Shown here piece by piece: positions 9,869 to 20,204 of a DNA stretch of 61,971 bases. Within the stretch, counting starts at the first letter, position 1; each line of letters begins with the position of its first letter. The notes below the pieces were generated by a model, which was given only the letters and a program-made list of their open reading frames with translations, did not search any database and had not been told where the DNA came from. The position numbers and the translations under genes were made by a program. The DNA lies in the IMG/VR virus record IMGVR_UViG_3300000530_000004, positions 1-61,971 of that record. One strand, given 5' to 3'. Origin of the DNA: a virus (taxonomy: Duplodnaviria; Caudoviricetes).

Positions 9869-10948
9869 ATGGGTGGCGGCGGAAGCAGCGGCGGAACAAC
9901 ATCAGCATCGAATCAGTATTCAAGCTTAGCATCTTGGGCGCAACCGTATGTTACGTCTATGCTTGGTGCTGGGCAGGCTGAAGTATTTAATACTAACCCA
10001 CAAGGACAAATTACTGGGGTTAATCCTTATAATGCCTTTGGTTCCTATAATCCTACAACTGGTGGGCAGTATGGGATGACACCTAGTGATCTTACTGCCG
10101 CACAATCATCCGTGGCTGGGTTTACTCCATTACAAAATCAAGCATTTACTGGCGCATCTAATTTACAAACCCCCGGGCAGTTTGGACAGGCTACTAACTT
10201 TGCAGGGGCGTCAGGTTTAGGTAGTTTAGGTACAGCACAACAAGCTGCACAAACAGGGCAAAATTATCAATCAATGGCAACAAACCCCGGCACTGTTGGC
10301 GCTTACATGAATCCTTATGTACAGCAATCGTTAGCGCCTCAACTACAACTTTTAGGGCAACAAACAGGTATTAATACAGCAGCAGAGCAAGCTGCAGCAA
10401 CATCTCAAGGTGCGTTTGGTGGGTCTCGTGAAGCACTAGCTAATGCTCTTGCTCAACAACAAGGAAATCTAGCAGCACAACAAGCTATCGGTCAAGGTTA
10501 TAACACTGCTTATAACACCGCGCAACAAAATATGTTAGCTGGACAACAGTTAGGATTACAAGGTCTTAACACCGCATTGGGTGGATACGGCCAATCAGGT
10601 CAGGCTGCAGGTACATTAGGAAACTTAGGCACATCACAACTTGCTGCTCAACAAGGTATTTTAGGTATGCAGAATACTTATGGTACTCAACAACAGCAAC
10701 AGCAACAAAATATTATTAATCAAGCAATGCAGAACTACAGCACTGCTATGAATTACCCAATGACACAGCTTTCTAACCTGAAGAATTTAATCGCTGGTAT
10801 TCCAGTTAGCAACGTGACAACTACACAACAACAGGCTGCTCCAAGTCCGACATCAGCTCTTGCAGGTCTTGGTACAGCGGGTATTGCAGGGCTTGGTTTA
10901 TACAATGCTTCACAACCATCTGCAAAAACTACAACAGCGCCTGCTTAA
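9869..10948 (+). CDS. DNA ejection / internal virion protein
   Basis: Gln/Ala/Gly-rich; YMNPYVQQ and GAFGGSR motifs. Confidence 0.6.
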   Translation: MGGGGSSGGTTSASNQYSSLASWAQPYVTSMLGAGQAEVFNTNPQGQITGVNPYNAFGSYNPTTGGQYGMTPSDLTAAQSSVAGFTPLQNQAFTGASNLQTPGQFGQATNFAGASGLGSLGTAQQAAQTGQNYQSMATNPGTVGAYMNPYVQQSLAPQLQLLGQQTGINTAAEQAAATSQGAFGGSREALANALAQQQGNLAAQQAIGQGYNTAYNTAQQNMLAGQQLGLQGLNTALGGYGQSGQAAGTLGNLGTSQLAAQQGILGMQNTYGTQQQQQQQNIINQAMQNYSTAMNYPMTQLSNLKNLIAGIPVSNVTTTQQQAAPSPTSALAGLGTAGIAGLGLYNASQPSAKTTTAPA

Positions 10949-10957
10949 GGAGTTAAC

Positions 10958-13063
10958 ATGATTGGCGATCTTTTAAGTACTTTAGCTAACTCAAATAAAC
11001 TTAGCATAGAACAATTACAACAAGCTGTGCAGGATGGGACTGTACCAAGTTATATCGGTATCCCTATGATTAGTCAAAAAGTACAGCAACGCCAACAAGC
11101 TATGAGTTTGTTGCAAGGTATGCAACAACAAGGGCAACCTCCTATTGGTCAACAAATAATGGACCAAGCAAGTCAAATTACCCATGGTGGTATGCCACAA
11201 CAACCACCTATGGCTCCCCCTCAACAAATGCCACAACAACCACCTATGGCTGCCCCACAACAACCTCAAGGTATTGATGCTGCTCCTACTAATTTACCCC
11301 AACAAGGGTACGCACCGGGGGGTATTGTTGCTTTTGCTGATGGGGGAAATTTACCTGAAGATGATCCTGAATATGATCCATCCAAAAGTGACCCTGCCGA
11401 AACAGGTGGAATGTCTAATGCAGATCGGTATTTACAAGCTAGCCTAAATGCACCTACAAGAAGTGGGCAGTACTTACAAACAATGTTATCGAATGACACA
11501 GGTGGTGATTCCGAAGGTACTAATGATACTGATTTTGATGAACTCGATGAAGGTAATAATCAGTCCTCTAGTGGTATGGGTATTGATACTTTAGGTGCAC
11601 CCAAAGCAACAAGTTTATTAGGCGCTAACCATGTCTATGCAAGTAAAGCTATTGCCGCTGCTAACAAATATGGCTTACCCCCAGCATTAGGTTTAATGAT
11701 TCTTCACAACGAAACCGGTGGTATGAAGGATCCTGCTAATGCAGTATCTAAAGCCGGTGCTATCGGCCCTATGCAGATTATGCCTGCAACAGGAAGAGAT
11801 TTAGGTATTAAAGATTTGCACGATGTTAATCAAAATATTGATGGTGGTATGCGTTATGCTGCTATGTTATACCATCGCTATGGTGGCAACCCTCAACTAA
11901 CTCTTGCTGCTTATAATGCTGGACCCGGCCGTGTTGATCAATACCTACAGTCAGGTCAGGGATTACCTCAAGAAACAAACCAATATTTATCTAAAGCCGG
12001 AATGAAAAAAGGTGGTAAGGTTAAAAAGTTTAGTGGTGCAGATGGTAAAAGCAAAGTGGATAGTGGAGAAGATATACCAATAGAACAAACACAAATAGAA
12101 ACAGCTCCTCTTTCGAATGCTCTTACCCCATCTGTTTCTAGTTTATATAATCTAGTTACTGATTTTGGGCCTTTAGGTAGTAAACTTAGAGCACAAGCTG
12201 GTGTTCCTACTCCTACTACTTTAGCTTCTCCTGATCCAACCTTAAACATGGGTGATGCTGGTTCTATTCCGCAAGACCAATTACAAGCTTGGGCAGATGC
12301 GATGAATACTTCTACTGCTCCAGCAGGCACTCCTCCAGCAGGTGGTGCTCCTAATGTAACGCCACCTACATCGCCACAACAACCTGCTACTCCGCAGTCG
12401 CCTATAGAGCAGTATTTACTGAAGTCTTTACAGGAAAATGATCCCGGCGGTTGGACAAGTTGGCAAAAACAAAACATTCTTAGCAATCAAGCTGAACTTG
12501 ATCAGCAGAAAAAACTTGACCCATGGCTATCATTATTAAGCGGATCTCTTGGTGTTATGGGTGGTACATCTCCTTTTGCCGCAGCAAATATTGGTAAAGG
12601 TGCACAAGAAGGAATAGGCACTTACGCTGGGTTAAGGAAAATGGAAGCCGCACAAGATCAAGGTATTACAAGCGCTATTGCTATGGGCGCACGTGCTCAA
12701 CTATATGATCAAGAACGTAAAGGCCGTATAGCTGATATGTTGTTAAATCAACAAATGCTAAATCAAAATCGCCAAGCTCAATTAGGTTTAGGGCAACAAC
12801 GTATTGATGTTTTAGGCGGTCGAGTCGCTACAGCTCAACAAGCTAATCAGTTAAAACTACAACAATTATGGGAATCTAATCCTTTTGGATCCGCAGCTAT
12901 TCGTCAATATCAAACAGATATGAAAGCTGCAGGAAACGACCCAATGCAACAACAAGCTGCGTATAATAAATACCTAACTGCTTACGGTAACTATTTAAAA
13001 ATGAATTCAAATTTAAGTGGGGCTAAAGCTACTAATTATCCTAGTTACGACAGTCTTAAATAA
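10958..13063 (+). CDS. Internal virion protein with soluble lytic transglycosylase (SLT) domain
   Basis: HNETGG (catalytic Glu), AGAIGPMQIMPAT, NIDGGMRY and LAAYNAGPG motifs. Confidence 0.85.
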   Translation: MIGDLLSTLANSNKLSIEQLQQAVQDGTVPSYIGIPMISQKVQQRQQAMSLLQGMQQQGQPPIGQQIMDQASQITHGGMPQQPPMAPPQQMPQQPPMAAPQQPQGIDAAPTNLPQQGYAPGGIVAFADGGNLPEDDPEYDPSKSDPAETGGMSNADRYLQASLNAPTRSGQYLQTMLSNDTGGDSEGTNDTDFDELDEGNNQSSSGMGIDTLGAPKATSLLGANHVYASKAIAAANKYGLPPALGLMILHNETGGMKDPANAVSKAGAIGPMQIMPATGRDLGIKDLHDVNQNIDGGMRYAAMLYHRYGGNPQLTLAAYNAGPGRVDQYLQSGQGLPQETNQYLSKAGMKKGGKVKKFSGADGKSKVDSGEDIPIEQTQIETAPLSNALTPSVSSLYNLVTDFGPLGSKLRAQAGVPTPTTLASPDPTLNMGDAGSIPQDQLQAWADAMNTSTAPAGTPPAGGAPNVTPPTSPQQPATPQSPIEQYLLKSLQENDPGGWTSWQKQNILSNQAELDQQKKLDPWLSLLSGSLGVMGGTSPFAAANIGKGAQEGIGTYAGLRKMEAAQDQGITSAIAMGARAQLYDQERKGRIADMLLNQQMLNQNRQAQLGLGQQRIDVLGGRVATAQQANQLKLQQLWESNPFGSAAIRQYQTDMKAAGNDPMQQQAAYNKYLTAYGNYLKMNSNLSGAKATNYPSYDSLK
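11192..11251 (+). repeat. In-frame duplication with 36-nt period (MPQQPPMA twice)
   Basis: ATGCCACAACAACCACCTATGGCT occurs at 11192 and 11228. Confidence 0.85.
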
Positions 13064-13081
13064 AAAATTGAGGTATCGGTA

Positions 13082-16000
13082 ATGCTTATCAATTTACCAA
13101 AGTTAGGTCCAGTCGATTTTGATGACTCCCTTACCCCTGAACAATTTCATTCTCAATTAGAACATTTAGCAACTAAATATGACTTTGATATTCCTGTTTC
13201 TGATGAAACCCATTCCCTATGGAGTGCAGCTAAGTCTGGTGTAAAAGAGTTTGGTGGTTCTGCTGAGCAAGCCTTTGGGCATATATTTAATTTACCCGGG
13301 GTTGAAGAATCAGGTAAAAAATTAGTATCTGACTCGCAACAAGAATATCAGCCTTATTCTGATAAAGAACTAACTAGTTTAGAAAAACAGGGCCTTGGTT
13401 CATGGCTTGGTGCTGAAGCTAAAAATGTAGCGGGTGAAACTCTACAAGGGCTTGGTCGTTACGCAGTCCCCACTATTGCAGGTGGTATAGGATCTTTGGC
13501 TGCGGGTCCGATTGGAGGTGTAGCAGCTTTCGGTGCAACAGATTTTGCTGCTAATCTTGGTGAAAACATAAACTACCAACAACAGGCTAACCCTAACCAA
13601 GATGTTAATACAGGGCAAGCAGCTGCCGCCGCTTTAGGGCAAACGGTTTTAGATCGTGTTGGTATTCCATTTTTACATGTATTACCTAAAAGTATCCGTG
13701 AAAAGTTTGGTACAGATGTAGCAGGATTAGCATCAAAAATTGAATCCGGTGATATAAAACCTGAAGATGCCATTAACCAATTAGGTAGTAAATTTGGCCC
13801 ATATTTAAAAAGCGTTGCCTCTAACTATACTGGTCTTGTTGGTATGGGTGTTGGTGATGAAGCTTTACGCCGTGCACAGGCAGGGCAAAATGTTACTAGC
13901 CCTGATGCATTACAGGCATATAAAGATCAATTAGTTGGTGCCGCTGCTCCCGCTGCTTTATTTGGTGGTATAGGTGGGTACTTTGGTGCACGAAACTTAG
14001 AGCGTAACAGAGATCTTTTGCGTAATGTTGCAGTGCCTGATTTACAAGATCAAACTGCAGCAGCTCCACCTCCACCAGCTCTACAAGATCAAACTGCAGC
14101 AGCTCCACCTCCACCACCTCAAACTAATGTATCACCACCCGTTCGTCCCGGCGAAGGTCCAACCCAGCTCAACATACCATTCACACCAGAAGATGTTAGT
14201 GGAGTTGCCGGTGCCCAACGAGCTTATGATCAGCAATTAGTGGCTGATAGAATCAAACAAGAAATGTTGCAAAAGCAACAACCCGCGCCTTTAACCCCAG
14301 AACCTATTAAGGGAACACAAGGACAGTTAGATTTAGGTACACCACCTACACAAGGTGAGTTAGATTTCAATGCACCTGCTGCTCCAACTACTGCACCTGT
14401 TAATACTGTATTAACACCCGATGCATTAAAAGCAACAGGACTTAAACCACAATCGGCTTTCTTCAAACAACTTGTTAATAAAGACTTAGCCAACCCTGAC
14501 CATGTGCAAGATGTCGCAGATATATTGGCTAATGTACGTCAGAATGATCGTCTAGCGCAATCGACTAAAGACTCAGTGCATCAACTAGCAGGGCAGTTAT
14601 TTAATGCTGCTGCTACTCAAGGCGAAATGTTTGGGCCTCGTGGAGGCGTTTTAAAAGGAGCAGAGAGTGGAAAACTTCGAGCTAAACCTGACACTGGAAC
14701 AAGTGGAGACGGCGTTCAAGTATCTAGCGGGACCGAGCCATCAGGAACTACCAACACAACTGGAGAACCTACAACAGGGGGATTGGGAAGTACTGCAGAG
14801 CCTACTACTCAGCTTGGAGCAGGAGAAACAACAGAGCCAAGTACATTAACTAAACCTACTACACCACCAACAGAGCCAAGTACATTAACTACCCCCCCTG
14901 CTGAAGCCCAACCTACTACGCCACCAACAGAGCCACTTAAGTCTCAAGCTGAAGTTGTTGAAGACCATAAGCAAAACCTAAGTGATTTACAGTCTAATGC
15001 CAACGACTTACTTAATAATCGTCTTGGTGATGCTTTAGAAACAGTAGGAGATGAACGTCCTGAACCTACCGATCTAAGTGATACACCTGAAGCTAAACAG
15101 TTACATCTTGCATCTTTATTGAATGACTATATTACTCGTGAAGCTAACCGTGGGTACTTAGACGAAAATACTCTGAATGCCCAACAAGCTGAAACTGAGA
15201 AAGCAATTTTATCTCATGGCGATAATGGTCAGATGGCTCTTGATTTTGTTAAAGAGAATCCACAGCTTGCTCGTACAGCAATTAGGGAAATGCAGCAAGA
15301 TGCATTAAGAAGTTTTGATAGCCGTGTAATTAGCCCAGAAGTAGGTGGCCGTGCACCTGTTAAAAAGACTGAAATTAAATTCTCAGAGACCCAGCCCGGC
15401 ACAGTCGAAACTAATACATCTAATGCAGATGAAGTAAACAAAGTTATTAACGACGTATTCCAATCGCCTGAACGCGCCAATAAGAAAATAGTTGTTCATG
15501 CAACGGAAGCTGATGCACGTCGAGCCGTACCAGAAGCATTTGAGGGTAAAACCCCCGGTGCTGTAAGAGCCTTTACTAAAGATGGTAAGGTTCACATGAT
15601 CGCTGAGAATATACCCAAAGGACGAGAGTTAGGCGTTCTTATGCATGAACTTGGTGTGCATGAGGGTATGGAGAAGATGGTCGGCAAAGAAAACATGAAC
15701 TGGTTAACCGACCGAATTGATGAATGGGCTAAGCGTAAAGACAATTCTTTAGAAGCTAGAATCGCCCGCCGTGCTATTGAGCGTGCTCGTCATGCTAACC
15801 CAGAACATGCACAAGAAGAAAAGTTAGCATACTTTGTTGAAGAAGCTATTAATGAGGGTGTTAATCCGACTGGTTTAAATAAAGGTCCTGTTGGTAATTG
15901 GTTCCGTCGTATGGTTGCAGGTTTAAAAATCGCCTTGCGTAAATTAGGATTTAAATCAGAAAAACTTAACGCACAGCATATTGTTGATCTTGCTCATGGT

Positions 16001-19000
16001 GCAGCGCACTTAGATCTTGAGGGTAACTTCCACGGCACAGCAGCCGACTTTAGAAAGTTTAAACAAGAATATATGGGTAGTGGTGAAGGTGCACAAGCAT
16101 TTGGATGGGGGCACTATTTTGCAGAGCGTCGTGGTATTGCTAGGGATTATAGAAAAGCAGATGTAGAAAGAAAAACAAAAATAGGTACGTCATATACATT
16201 AGATCCTACTATTAAGCTTCCTTTAAATGTAAAACAAATCCTTCATTCAATACTTAATAAATATGAATTTTTAAGTCCGGATTTAGACGCTCTAGTTAAG
16301 GACAAGGAATATCTTGTTTTTCATTACAAAAAAAAGTTAGATATATTATCTAATAAACCATATAGCAATGATGAGAAGAAAGAAAAATTAGAAGGTAGTT
16401 TAAACTATGCTAAGACGCAGTTAGAAGTTTTTTCTTATTTACACAATTTAGAGCAACAAGGTAAATTACGTTTCATTCCAGAAAAAAGTGAACCTAAAGG
16501 TTCGTTGATGCGCGTTGTGCATGATGTACGTCCCCACGAATGGTTAGATTTAAATAAGCCGCTTAGTGAACAAAGCGAGTATGTACAACAAAGATTAAAA
16601 CATCTTGAAGAAATAGCTGACAGAGCTGAGGCTGATCTTACTGGAGGAACACATAATCTTTGGGATAGTAGTATGTCGGGAGGAGAAATTTATAAATTAA
16701 TACAAAACTTAAAAACACACGATTATCTACCCTCTTTTCCTGAAGAATATAAAAGATATGTAAGTGATGATGAATATGCATCTAAATACTTAAATTCATT
16801 AGGTATTAAGGGTAATAAGTTTCTTGATCAGCCAAGTAGAGAAATACAAAAAAATATAAAGCTGTTAGAAGAAATGAAACAAGTAGAAGAAGAAGATAAA
16901 ACCAATAGGCCCACAGCTAATGGGGAGATGTCTCAAAAAGCTAGACAAAGATTAATAGATTCGTTAACACAAGAAATTAACGAGCTTAAAAATAAATTAA
17001 AACATAACTATGTAGTATTTGATGATAAGAATATTCATCGTATTGCTACTAGTTTAGGTGCAAAAGAGTCTGAGATTAAGTTCTCCGAAGCACATCCAGT
17101 AGATGATTTAAACTCTAGTGACCCAGAGCGTATAAGCCAAGGGTTTAGTAAAGTCGGCGATGCAGTAAATAGTTTACCTGCGTTTGTAGGCGACAAAGTA
17201 GAAGGACTTAAGAATGCTATATCTAATGTGCAGAATGGTGGACTAAAAAGAACGTTCTTTAAGACACAACGTCTTGAGATGTTAAACCATATGTACCCTG
17301 ATTTTGGAGTTAAAGAAACAGGCACTAAATTACTTAAGTCTTTACAAGACCTATTATCAGGACGTCAAGGTGCAATAGATAACCATATTACTGAAGCTGA
17401 TAAGATATTTACTCGTGCTAGACAGATAGCAAAAGTTAACCCTAATGCTATGAAGACGCTAGACAAACTTGCTATTGATGCTCGTCTTGCTGAAGTTGAC
17501 TTACTTAACCCTAAAGAAAGTGAGGGTGCGTGGAATGATCGTCGTAAGAAAGCACAAATTGTAGACGAAAGCACCTATCAAGATTACTCCAACGAATACG
17601 ATCGTCTAAGCAAAATATGGAATAACAAGTCTTTACTTCCTGACTACGTCAAACGCAGTTATACAGAAATGCGTGCTTACTATGACAAAGTACTTACTGA
17701 CTTTCAAAATAGCTTATTTGGTGATGGTGGTGCGTTAACTTCCGGTGCTAAAGCTAAATTACTCGGACAGTTTGAGGCTATGCGTAATGGGGTAAAAGGT
17801 TATATTCCCTTAATGCGTTTTGGTGATTGGGTAGTTAAATACATTAACCCTGAAACAGGTGAGCCTATGGCTTCCCAGTTCGAATCCTTTAGAGAGCGTC
17901 AGCGTTTTGTTGATACGCAGTTAAAAGGTGTTGAGGGTGTGCAGTTACTAAAGCGTGTACAAGACCTTAAATACTCACCGAGTGAGGTGCCTCCTACTTC
18001 TTTTATTGGCAAGATCATTACTGACCTAGCTAAAAATGGTGCACCACCTGAAGTGCTTGATTCGGTATATCAAAACTACTTACTTACATTCCCTGTCGGG
18101 TCTATTAAAAAACGCTTCTTACATGCTAAACGAGTAGGTGGTGTTGATCCGTTAGGTAAAGGTGATTATCTTGTCAAAACATTTGGTCAGGTAGCGCCTC
18201 AGTGGGGCCGCCGTATTGCCAACAGTATCTACGCACCTAAACTTGCTAATGTGTTTGCACAGGTTAAACACGTGGGGGAAACTACATCTGATCCTACAAC
18301 TTCTGATTTGGCGCAACATGTTTTAGGTCAGGCTAAGTTCCAGTACGATCCAACCTACGGGCCTTGGGTGCATAATGCTACTGCAATGAGTTACTTTGAA
18401 TATATTGCTGGAAATATATCTTCCGCTTTTGTTCACTTTATGCACGTGCCATTAACTGTATTGCCAACCCTTGGTGCTGAGCATACTTATGGCGGGGCAA
18501 GTAAAGCATTATCTAACGCGTTCAAAGTTGTTAACAAAGGATTAGAGAACAACCCTAAATATGCTGTGCTGTATCAGATGTTAAAAGACAGAGCACAGAT
18601 CGACCATACAACTCAGCGTGAGATATTACAGAATAGAAACGCGCCTTTAGATACGCTACACGGTGTATTCGGCAATGTTTCAAATCTTTTGTCTTTACCT
18701 TTTGCTGTGTCTGAAAAGTACACTCGCCGATTAACTGCTGTTGCTGCTTATGACTTAGCAAGAGAAAAAGGCATGTCCCCCGAAGCTGCTGCTGATTATG
18801 CAACAGACATAGTTATGCGCACTCAGACTTCCGGTATCGCAGCGATGGCACCAACTATTATGCAGCATCCATTTGGGCGTATGTTCTTAACCTTTAAGAA
18901 CTTTGTATGGAACACATCTTCTATGTTTGCCCGGGCTGTATATGAGTCTATTAAACATGAAGATCCTGAGACACAACGTATTGCACGTCGTCAAGCCGTA

Positions 19001-19825
19001 GGTATGTTGTTTATGGCAACTGCATTAGCTGGTGCTAAAGGTCTACCTTTCTATGGCGCAGCCGAAACAACCGCTAATATGATTAATGCATTATTAGGTG
19101 ATGGCTCACCCTATGACTTTAATGAAGAAATGAAAAAACACTTTGGTGAGTTATTTTCTAAAGGACCGTTTAATTATTTCTTAAATGCTGATTTAGCTGA
19201 TCGTATCGGTTATGGACAAGATATCTTATTCCGTGACGATCCTCGCATGATTTCGCAGGATGGATATGTATTGTGGGCAATGCGTAATATGTTTGGTCCG
19301 TTAGGTAGTTACGCAGCCAATGCAGAGCAAGCTATAAGTGAGTTTAACCAAGGGCATATAGAGCGTGGTATTGAGGGGTTACTACCTAACTTTATGCGTA
19401 ACGCCATGAAAGGATATCGCTATGTAACTCAAGGTGCTACTACTATAGATGGTATACCTATTCAACAAGATATCGGTGCTTATAACGGGTTAATGCAAGC
19501 CATTGGTTTCGCCCCCGCAGATGTAGCAAGTAAGATGGAAACTAAAGCCGCCGTTGATCTTTATCAGAAACAAGTTGAGCGTGACCGTACTAATATCGTA
19601 AGACTTTATGTTATGGGTGCTACAACAGGGGATGATAGCGCAGTTGAGATGGCTATGAGTCGTATGGATAAATTTAACGATGCTCACCCTGACTATGCAC
19701 TAAATGGTGGAGTATTATCTAAAGCCTTAAAAGCACATAATAAAGCTCTTAATGATTCCATTAATGGTATTCAGTTTAACAAGCACTTAATTAATGAAGT
19801 AAATGATAAGTTTAATGTGGAATAA
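13082..19825 (+). CDS. Giant polyvalent internal virion protein (zincin-like peptidase, ART-like and PLxRFG domains)
   Basis: 2247 aa; LMHELGVHEG; FHGTAADF...GSGEGAQAFGWGHYFAE...NYVVFDD; YIPLMRFG. Confidence 0.75.
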   Translation: MLINLPKLGPVDFDDSLTPEQFHSQLEHLATKYDFDIPVSDETHSLWSAAKSGVKEFGGSAEQAFGHIFNLPGVEESGKKLVSDSQQEYQPYSDKELTSLEKQGLGSWLGAEAKNVAGETLQGLGRYAVPTIAGGIGSLAAGPIGGVAAFGATDFAANLGENINYQQQANPNQDVNTGQAAAAALGQTVLDRVGIPFLHVLPKSIREKFGTDVAGLASKIESGDIKPEDAINQLGSKFGPYLKSVASNYTGLVGMGVGDEALRRAQAGQNVTSPDALQAYKDQLVGAAAPAALFGGIGGYFGARNLERNRDLLRNVAVPDLQDQTAAAPPPPALQDQTAAAPPPPPQTNVSPPVRPGEGPTQLNIPFTPEDVSGVAGAQRAYDQQLVADRIKQEMLQKQQPAPLTPEPIKGTQGQLDLGTPPTQGELDFNAPAAPTTAPVNTVLTPDALKATGLKPQSAFFKQLVNKDLANPDHVQDVADILANVRQNDRLAQSTKDSVHQLAGQLFNAAATQGEMFGPRGGVLKGAESGKLRAKPDTGTSGDGVQVSSGTEPSGTTNTTGEPTTGGLGSTAEPTTQLGAGETTEPSTLTKPTTPPTEPSTLTTPPAEAQPTTPPTEPLKSQAEVVEDHKQNLSDLQSNANDLLNNRLGDALETVGDERPEPTDLSDTPEAKQLHLASLLNDYITREANRGYLDENTLNAQQAETEKAILSHGDNGQMALDFVKENPQLARTAIREMQQDALRSFDSRVISPEVGGRAPVKKTEIKFSETQPGTVETNTSNADEVNKVINDVFQSPERANKKIVVHATEADARRAVPEAFEGKTPGAVRAFTKDGKVHMIAENIPKGRELGVLMHELGVHEGMEKMVGKENMNWLTDRIDEWAKRKDNSLEARIARRAIERARHANPEHAQEEKLAYFVEEAINEGVNPTGLNKGPVGNWFRRMVAGLKIALRKLGFKSEKLNAQHIVDLAHGAAHLDLEGNFHGTAADFRKFKQEYMGSGEGAQAFGWGHYFAERRGIARDYRKADVERKTKIGTSYTLDPTIKLPLNVKQILHSILNKYEFLSPDLDALVKDKEYLVFHYKKKLDILSNKPYSNDEKKEKLEGSLNYAKTQLEVFSYLHNLEQQGKLRFIPEKSEPKGSLMRVVHDVRPHEWLDLNKPLSEQSEYVQQRLKHLEEIADRAEADLTGGTHNLWDSSMSGGEIYKLIQNLKTHDYLPSFPEEYKRYVSDDEYASKYLNSLGIKGNKFLDQPSREIQKNIKLLEEMKQVEEEDKTNRPTANGEMSQKARQRLIDSLTQEINELKNKLKHNYVVFDDKNIHRIATSLGAKESEIKFSEAHPVDDLNSSDPERISQGFSKVGDAVNSLPAFVGDKVEGLKNAISNVQNGGLKRTFFKTQRLEMLNHMYPDFGVKETGTKLLKSLQDLLSGRQGAIDNHITEADKIFTRARQIAKVNPNAMKTLDKLAIDARLAEVDLLNPKESEGAWNDRRKKAQIVDESTYQDYSNEYDRLSKIWNNKSLLPDYVKRSYTEMRAYYDKVLTDFQNSLFGDGGALTSGAKAKLLGQFEAMRNGVKGYIPLMRFGDWVVKYINPETGEPMASQFESFRERQRFVDTQLKGVEGVQLLKRVQDLKYSPSEVPPTSFIGKIITDLAKNGAPPEVLDSVYQNYLLTFPVGSIKKRFLHAKRVGGVDPLGKGDYLVKTFGQVAPQWGRRIANSIYAPKLANVFAQVKHVGETTSDPTTSDLAQHVLGQAKFQYDPTYGPWVHNATAMSYFEYIAGNISSAFVHFMHVPLTVLPTLGAEHTYGGASKALSNAFKVVNKGLENNPKYAVLYQMLKDRAQIDHTTQREILQNRNAPLDTLHGVFGNVSNLLSLPFAVSEKYTRRLTAVAAYDLAREKGMSPEAAADYATDIVMRTQTSGIAAMAPTIMQHPFGRMFLTFKNFVWNTSSMFARAVYESIKHEDPETQRIARRQAVGMLFMATALAGAKGLPFYGAAETTANMINALLGDGSPYDFNEEMKKHFGELFSKGPFNYFLNADLADRIGYGQDILFRDDPRMISQDGYVLWAMRNMFGPLGSYAANAEQAISEFNQGHIERGIEGLLPNFMRNAMKGYRYVTQGATTIDGIPIQQDIGAYNGLMQAIGFAPADVASKMETKAAVDLYQKQVERDRTNIVRLYVMGATTGDDSAVEMAMSRMDKFNDAHPDYALNGGVLSKALKAHNKALNDSINGIQFNKHLINEVNDKFNVE
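14043..14116 (+). repeat. In-frame duplication with 39-nt period (LQDQTAAAPPPP twice)
   Basis: TACAAGATCAAACTGCAGCAGCTCCACCTCCACCA occurs at 14043 and 14082. Confidence 0.9.
14667..14849 (+). CDS. Candidate overprinted 60-aa helical protein in the +1 frame of the giant gene
   Basis: AAGGAG at 14655-14660, 6 nt before GTG; amphipathic product nested in a low-complexity linker of the host gene. Confidence 0.45.
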   Translation: MENFELNLTLEQVETAFKYLAGPSHQELPTQLENLQQGDWEVLQSLLLSLEQEKQQSQVH

Positions 19826-19850
19826 AAAAGCCCCCTACCGAAGTAGGGGG
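19824..19850 (-). terminator. Rho-independent terminator ending the leftward arm
   Basis: Minus strand reads CCCCCTAC-TTCG-GTAGGGGG-CTTTTTT at the convergence of the two arms. Confidence 0.85.
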
Positions 19851-19931
19851 AACAATGGACATTAACAAAGGAGAATATTACACAACACCAAGACAAAATG
19901 GAGAATGAACTGTGGTGTTAAAAGCAGTATA

Positions 19932-20204
19932 CTACAGAATCCGCCAAAATCGCATACCTAAATACCCATTTTCAATTCGTTGCATACCGTCTAACGTAAT
20001 CCCATAACGTCTCGCTATTATTTGCATTTGTTTGTTAAGGTTTATCATGTCAATAGCAGGGATAAAAAGAGACATACCAACCTCAAATTTACCCCAATTT
20101 ATTGCAAATACTACACCATCAGGGCATACATGATCAGGATTCAGCGCCGTCGACTTTATTGACGTGCTCACCCGCCGCTTTAATTTCGGCTTCAAGTTCG
20201 TCAT
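19932..20204 (-). CDS. Hypothetical protein
   Basis: INWGKFEVGMSLFIP...GMRFWR; overlaps the 3' end of the primase-helicase gene. Confidence 0.6.
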   Translation of the reverse strand: MTNLKPKLKRRVSTSIKSTALNPDHVCPDGVVFAINWGKFEVGMSLFIPAIDMINLNKQMQIIARRYGITLDGMQRIENGYLGMRFWRIL

